DNA of 64,000 bases from Asterias rubens (lineage: Eukaryota): the NCBI RefSeq assembly GCF_902459465.1, contig NC_047066.1:16244001-16308000 (forward strand), written 5' to 3'. The stretch's first letter is position 1; each line of letters begins with the position of its first letter. The notes beneath the pieces were generated by a model. It was not told the origin of the DNA and did not search any database. It saw nothing but the letters and a program-made list of their open reading frames with translations. Shown piece by piece: positions 63,301 to 64,000 of this stretch. A program made the translations under genes and the position numbers.

Positions 63301-63873
63301 TAGGGCGAGTTAAGTTCCGTATCCATGGACAGGACGCATGGAATCCATTCTAAGTTAGGACAGGTTACTCGTCGTAACTCGGAACAAGATTAATCTTAGC
63401 GTTTCTTGAAATCGGCTGCTGGTCTGTCGTGAAGACCCGTACATTATGTAAGCTGAGTATACAGAAAATGCGACTTAAGAATTTCGAACAATGTTTAAAG
63501 CAGATATCTTTATTATCTACCCGCTGATGTCGAACATTGTTTCTTCTTGTCATTTCAGATTACTCTTTGGGAGCATACGATCTCAAGCTGGTAGAAGCGG
63601 CAAGCACTTACTTCACTGTAACATGGGAAACCACAGCCGATATAACATCGTACGAGGTGCAGTACCGCGTTGATGAAGGAGACACCCAGTGGGTATCTAT
63701 CGGCCCGTTCGCGGCAGGACGGACGGCTATTACAATCGAGAACCTTTCCCCGTTCACGTTCTACACCGTGCGTGTTGTGTTAACACTCTCTGGTGATCAG
63801 GGCAATGTTACTAGCGGTGAACTCAGGTTGTTGACATGTCGACCGGTGTTTATTGGTTTGAACTGTCAGACAT
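650..63873 (+). CDS. Giant multi-exon extracellular protein, partial at both ends: (TIL-TILa/EGF-VWD-C8)x10, TIL-TILa/EGF, PTS mucin, (FN3 + half-EGF)x4; FCGBP/zonadhesin/tectorin-like
   Basis: 67 exons have canonical AG/GT boundaries and compatible phases, and join without a stop over 14190 nt. Motifs seen: [11 protein letters not shown] and [10 protein letters not shown] (VWD), GPFASCH...C8, and 10-Cys TIL. The join across 46576..59822 rests on phase match (1 to 1) and Thr-rich continuity only. Confidence 0.88.
1084..1902. repeat. 51-bp minisatellite, 16 copies
   Basis: Unit agtaggaatc(c/a)aactgcctcaagccagaaggcatgccattcattcaggtct, starting at 1084, 1135 and so on. Confidence 0.95.
4004..6000 (+). 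CDS. Repeat unit B
   Basis: Exons 4004-4206, 4507-4684, 4811-5133, 5264-5419, 5547-5694, 5818-6000; same sizes and phases as unit A. Confidence 0.93.
6053..7179 (+). mobile_element. Non-autonomous Tc1/mariner-family element, copy 1 (internally deleted)
   Basis: TA on both sides (6051-52, 7180-81). Imperfect TIRs of about 210 bp (6053-6263, 6968-7179) start AACTGCGCCAATAAAG. Tc1 HTH remnant ...[27 protein letters not shown] (6425-6688) and C-terminal remnant ...[21 protein letters not shown] are present; the DDE core is absent. Confidence 0.9.
7326..7500. repeat. About 175-bp insertion, probably an interspersed-repeat fragment (also near 10902-11076 and 14455-14630)
   Basis: Present in the three Tc1-bearing C8-TIL introns and absent from the paralogous introns after units A, E and F. 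Boundaries are approximate. Confidence 0.5.
7577..9576 (+). CDS. Repeat unit C
   Basis: Exons 7577-7779, 8080-8257, 8384-8706, 8840-8995, 9123-9270, 9394-9576. Confidence 0.93.
9629..10755 (+). mobile_element. Non-autonomous Tc1-family element, copy 2
   Basis: Same insertion site and flanks as copy 1, offset 3576 bp. Confidence 0.9.
11153..13152 (+). CDS. Repeat unit D
   Basis: Exons 11153-11355, 11656-11833, 11960-12282, 12416-12571, 12699-12846, 12970-13152; offset exactly 3576 bp from unit C. Confidence 0.92.
13205..14308 (+). mobile_element. Non-autonomous Tc1-family element, copy 3 (23 bp shorter)
   Basis: Same site. It lacks aaagccataaagcctgacaccac, which fuses the HTH and C-terminal remnants in frame (ORF 13577-13966). 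Confidence 0.9.
14705..16720 (+). CDS. Repeat unit E
   Basis: Exons 14705-14907, 15208-15385, 15512-15834, 15974-16129, 16257-16404, 16538-16720. Confidence 0.93.
17006..18998 (+). CDS. Repeat unit F
   Basis: Exons 17006-17208, 17501-17678, 17805-18127, 18265-18420, 18543-18690, 18816-18998. Confidence 0.93.
19281..21274 (+). CDS. Repeat unit G (C8 ends in the variant [15 protein letters not shown])
   Basis: Exons 19281-19483, 19783-19960, 20087-20409, 20538-20693, 20821-20968, 21092-21274. Confidence 0.93.
21615..23793 (+). CDS. Repeat unit H (mosaic: homogenised 5' exons, diverged second VWD exon)
   Basis: Exons 21615-21817, 22067-22244, 22371-22693, 22963-23118 ([18 protein letters not shown]...), 23369-23516 ([11 protein letters not shown]...), 23611-23793. 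Confidence 0.9.
23969..24128. repeat. 48-bp tandem repeat, 3 copies plus a partial copy
   Basis: cctggttaatc(c/a)aacttgaatcctgtttataaccagtgacccaatcaa at 23969, 24017, 24065 and 24113. Confidence 0.9.
24376..24649 (-). mobile_element. tRNA-derived SINE
   Basis: Reverse strand reads gccgagcgataagagcacc...gggtttgaatcccc (B-box), then gtgacacttgtgtccttaagcaagacact..., ending in an AT-rich tail. It is homologous to the SINE at 36920-43470. Confidence 0.8.
24793..29423 (+). CDS. Repeat unit I (diverged apart from its TIL exon)
   Basis: Exons 24793-24995, 25661-25838, 26431-26747 ([12 protein letters not shown]), 28212-28367, 28580-28727, 29241-29423; phases match units A-H. Confidence 0.9.
29997..30353. 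mobile_element. MITE with TTAA TSD and AGG...CCT termini (Kolobok-like)
   Basis: TTAA at 29993-96 and 30354-57; imperfect TIR aggatttgggtacttttt / aaaaagtacctagttcct. Confidence 0.65.
30839..43702 (+). CDS. Repeat unit J (diverged; first VWD exon split by an extra intron)
   Basis: Exons 30839-31041, 31672-31849, 32665-32885 ([12 protein letters not shown]), 34202-34309, 35872-36027, 36531-36678, 43523-43702. Confidence 0.88.
32016..32204. mobile_element. Short palindromic MITE-like element
   Basis: ttgaccc...gggtcaat ends, with internal inverted pair ccattttggtggtcaat / attgaccaccaaaatgg. Confidence 0.5.
33748..33901. mobile_element. MITE-like element with CCTG..TCGATTTCAC / GAAATCGA..CTGG ends
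   Basis: Ends resemble those of the elements at 43963 and 63247. Confidence 0.45.
34573..34952. mobile_element. Kolobok-like MITE, copy 1
   Basis: TTAA TSD (34569-72, 34953-56); TIR aggcagtggacactattggtaatt / aattaccaagagtgtccactgtct; homologous to the copies at 57398 and 60816. Confidence 0.8.
34990..35085 (-). mobile_element. tRNA-related SINE-like fragment (second family)
   Basis: ggatttgaacacaacctttg...gcagatg is an inverted homologue of 47125-47205 and carries a B-box-like motif on the minus strand. Confidence 0.5.
35149..35264. repeat. Long imperfect hairpin, MITE-like; related fragment at about 33421-33500
   Basis: gttatc...gcgagtggaattacggaaaaatatagcgcttctgcgtccca pairs with tgggacgcagacgcgctatattttccgtatttccacg...gataac. 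Confidence 0.6.
36920..43470 (+). mobile_element. tRNA-derived SINE interrupted by amplification of its own internal 60 bp
   Basis: A-box-like TGGTTGAGTGG at 36930-40. The SINE body (accataattgctttgtccttcagatggga...ggtccc) resumes at 43308 and aligns with the SINE at 24376-24649. The 3' end is approximate. Confidence 0.82.
36967..43307 (+). repeat. 60-bp satellite, 106 monomers, no spacers
   Basis: Monomer gtgtttctattattaagcagagtgtgggttcaagtcc(t/c)ggtcgtgacactcgtctctttg. Length 6341 = 106x60 minus 19 nt of small deletions. Confidence 0.97.
43963..44122. mobile_element. Hairpin MITE
   Basis: ccctggggtggatttcacaaagagttaggactag and ctagtcctaactctttgtgaaatcgaaccctggg are inverted repeats of about 34 bp. 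Confidence 0.7.
44752..46575 (+). CDS. Terminal TIL and TILa/EGF exons (unit K)
   Basis: Exon 44752-44954 ([20 protein letters not shown]...) and exon 46380-46575 ([16 protein letters not shown]...[17 protein letters not shown], followed by gtgaga). Confidence 0.88.
45082..45654. repeat. 81-bp minisatellite, 7 copies, alternating variants
   Basis: Copies start at 45082, 45169, 45250, 45331, 45412, 45493 and 45574. The first copy is 6 bp longer. Confidence 0.95.
47125..47205 (+). mobile_element. tRNA-related SINE-like fragment (second family)
   Basis: catctgctctagcaatgcaaaggtcgtgaagttcggatccc contains a B-box-like motif; homologous to 34990-35085. Confidence 0.45.
47213..48395 (-). mobile_element. 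5'-truncated L2/CR1-group LINE 3' end, interrupted by a MITE
   Basis: Minus strand encodes [37 protein letters not shown], then [15 protein letters not shown]...[15 protein letters not shown], then a gcgctttataaat...(att)n-type tail. These are typical ORF2 C-terminal motifs. Confidence 0.8.
47408..48009. mobile_element. 602-bp non-autonomous DNA transposon with 9-bp TSD and TAG...CTA ends (AcademH-like candidate)
   Basis: TSD ccttaaaac at 47399-47407 and 48010-48018; 18-bp TIR tagtctggtcccctgacc / ggtctgggaaccagacta (16/18 match). Confidence 0.8.
49630..49775 (+). mobile_element. Degenerate L2/CR1-like LINE 3' remnant
   Basis: Reads RHFRSA...[12 protein letters not shown], then after a frameshift LFKNHL*K. 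Confidence 0.4.
55262..55440 (+). mobile_element. tRNA-derived SINE head
   Basis: A-box TGGCTCAGTGG (55266-76) and B-box GGTTCAAATCC (55309-19), with no convincing acceptor stem. Confidence 0.6.
57305..57352. repeat. (GAT)16 microsatellite
   Basis: Direct reading. Confidence 0.97.
57398..57769. mobile_element. Kolobok-like MITE, copy 2
   Basis: TTAA at 57394-97 and 57770-73; co-linear with 34573-34952. Confidence 0.8.
57975..58170 (-). mobile_element. Degenerate L2/CR1-like LINE 3' remnant
   Basis: Minus strand reads [12 protein letters not shown]...KTFLFNS with frameshifts, followed by a gcgctttatagag...gcgctatataaat tail. Confidence 0.5.
59255..59390 (-). mobile_element. Degenerate tRNA-derived SINE head
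   Basis: gtgtcatggccgggaatcaaaccaacactc..ctgctga is homologous to 24560-24610. Confidence 0.55.
59823..60776 (+). CDS. Thr/Ser-rich mucin (PTS) segment, FN3 domain and half-EGF loop
   Basis: tttgcag acceptor, 954-nt open phase 1-1 exon, gtaaaa donor. About 215 aa are Thr-rich, followed by LYNLTL...SLTISW...[16 protein letters not shown] (FN3) and [11 protein letters not shown]. Confidence 0.88.
60816..61194. mobile_element. Kolobok-like MITE, copy 3 (inverted relative to copies 1 and 2)
   Basis: TTAA at 60812-15 and 61195-98; TIR aggcagtggacactattggtaatt / aattaccaatagtgtccactgcct. Confidence 0.82.
61904..62209 (+). CDS. FN3 + half-EGF exon 2
   Basis: Phase 1-1 exon: SSSLSVSW...[16 protein letters not shown]...[11 protein letters not shown]; gtaaga donor. 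Confidence 0.85.
62580..62888 (+). CDS. FN3 + half-EGF exon 3
   Basis: Phase 1-1 exon: ...[18 protein letters not shown]...[11 protein letters not shown]; gtaaag donor. Confidence 0.85.
63247..63422. mobile_element. MITE-like element related to the elements at 43963 and 33748
   Basis: cctgccgtcgatttcacc...gaaatcggctgctgg ends; internal taagttaggac motif shared with the 43963 element. Confidence 0.45.
63559..63873 (+). CDS. FN3 + half-EGF exon 4 (gene continues past the window)
   Basis: Phase 1-1 exon: FTVTW...YEVQYR...[15 protein letters not shown]...[11 protein letters not shown]; gtaagt donor; no stop codon reached. Confidence 0.87.
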
Positions 63874-64000
63874 GTAAGTTTTATATTGTTGTGTCTTAAA
63901 AAGAGCTCTCCTCTCCAAGTATGTGACATAGTTCATTCCAGGTTAATTATTTACTATTTGCTTTACCAATCAATTATGTAAACTTGTATGTGCTTTTGAG

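Overview
AT-rich animal genomic DNA. It is probably from an echinoderm such as a sea star; this is inferred from the repeat families and protein type, not from a search. The window is filled by one very large spliced gene on the + strand that is open at both ends. I can join 67 GT-AG exons (650..63873) in one uninterrupted frame of 14190 nt, about 4730 codons. The protein has 10 tandem TIL-TILa/EGF-VWD-C8 units (FCGBP/zonadhesin/alpha-tectorin type, each VWD with a WGDPHY motif) and an 11th TIL-TILa/EGF. After a 13.2 kb intron come a Thr/Ser-rich mucin segment and four FN3 domains, each ending in a two-Cys half-EGF loop. Units A-H are near-identical (397 aa each) and show concerted evolution. 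Units I-K are diverged. The introns hold three copies of an internally deleted Tc1-family element, a 106 x 60 bp satellite born inside a tRNA-derived SINE (one Pol III B-box per monomer), Kolobok-type MITEs, L2/CR1 LINE remnants, a 9-bp-TSD MITE and several minisatellites. Several TA-to-TACATGTA insertions can be shown by comparing paralogous copies. There are no prokaryotic features, CRISPR arrays, rRNA genes or true tRNA genes. All coordinates and counts were made by hand.
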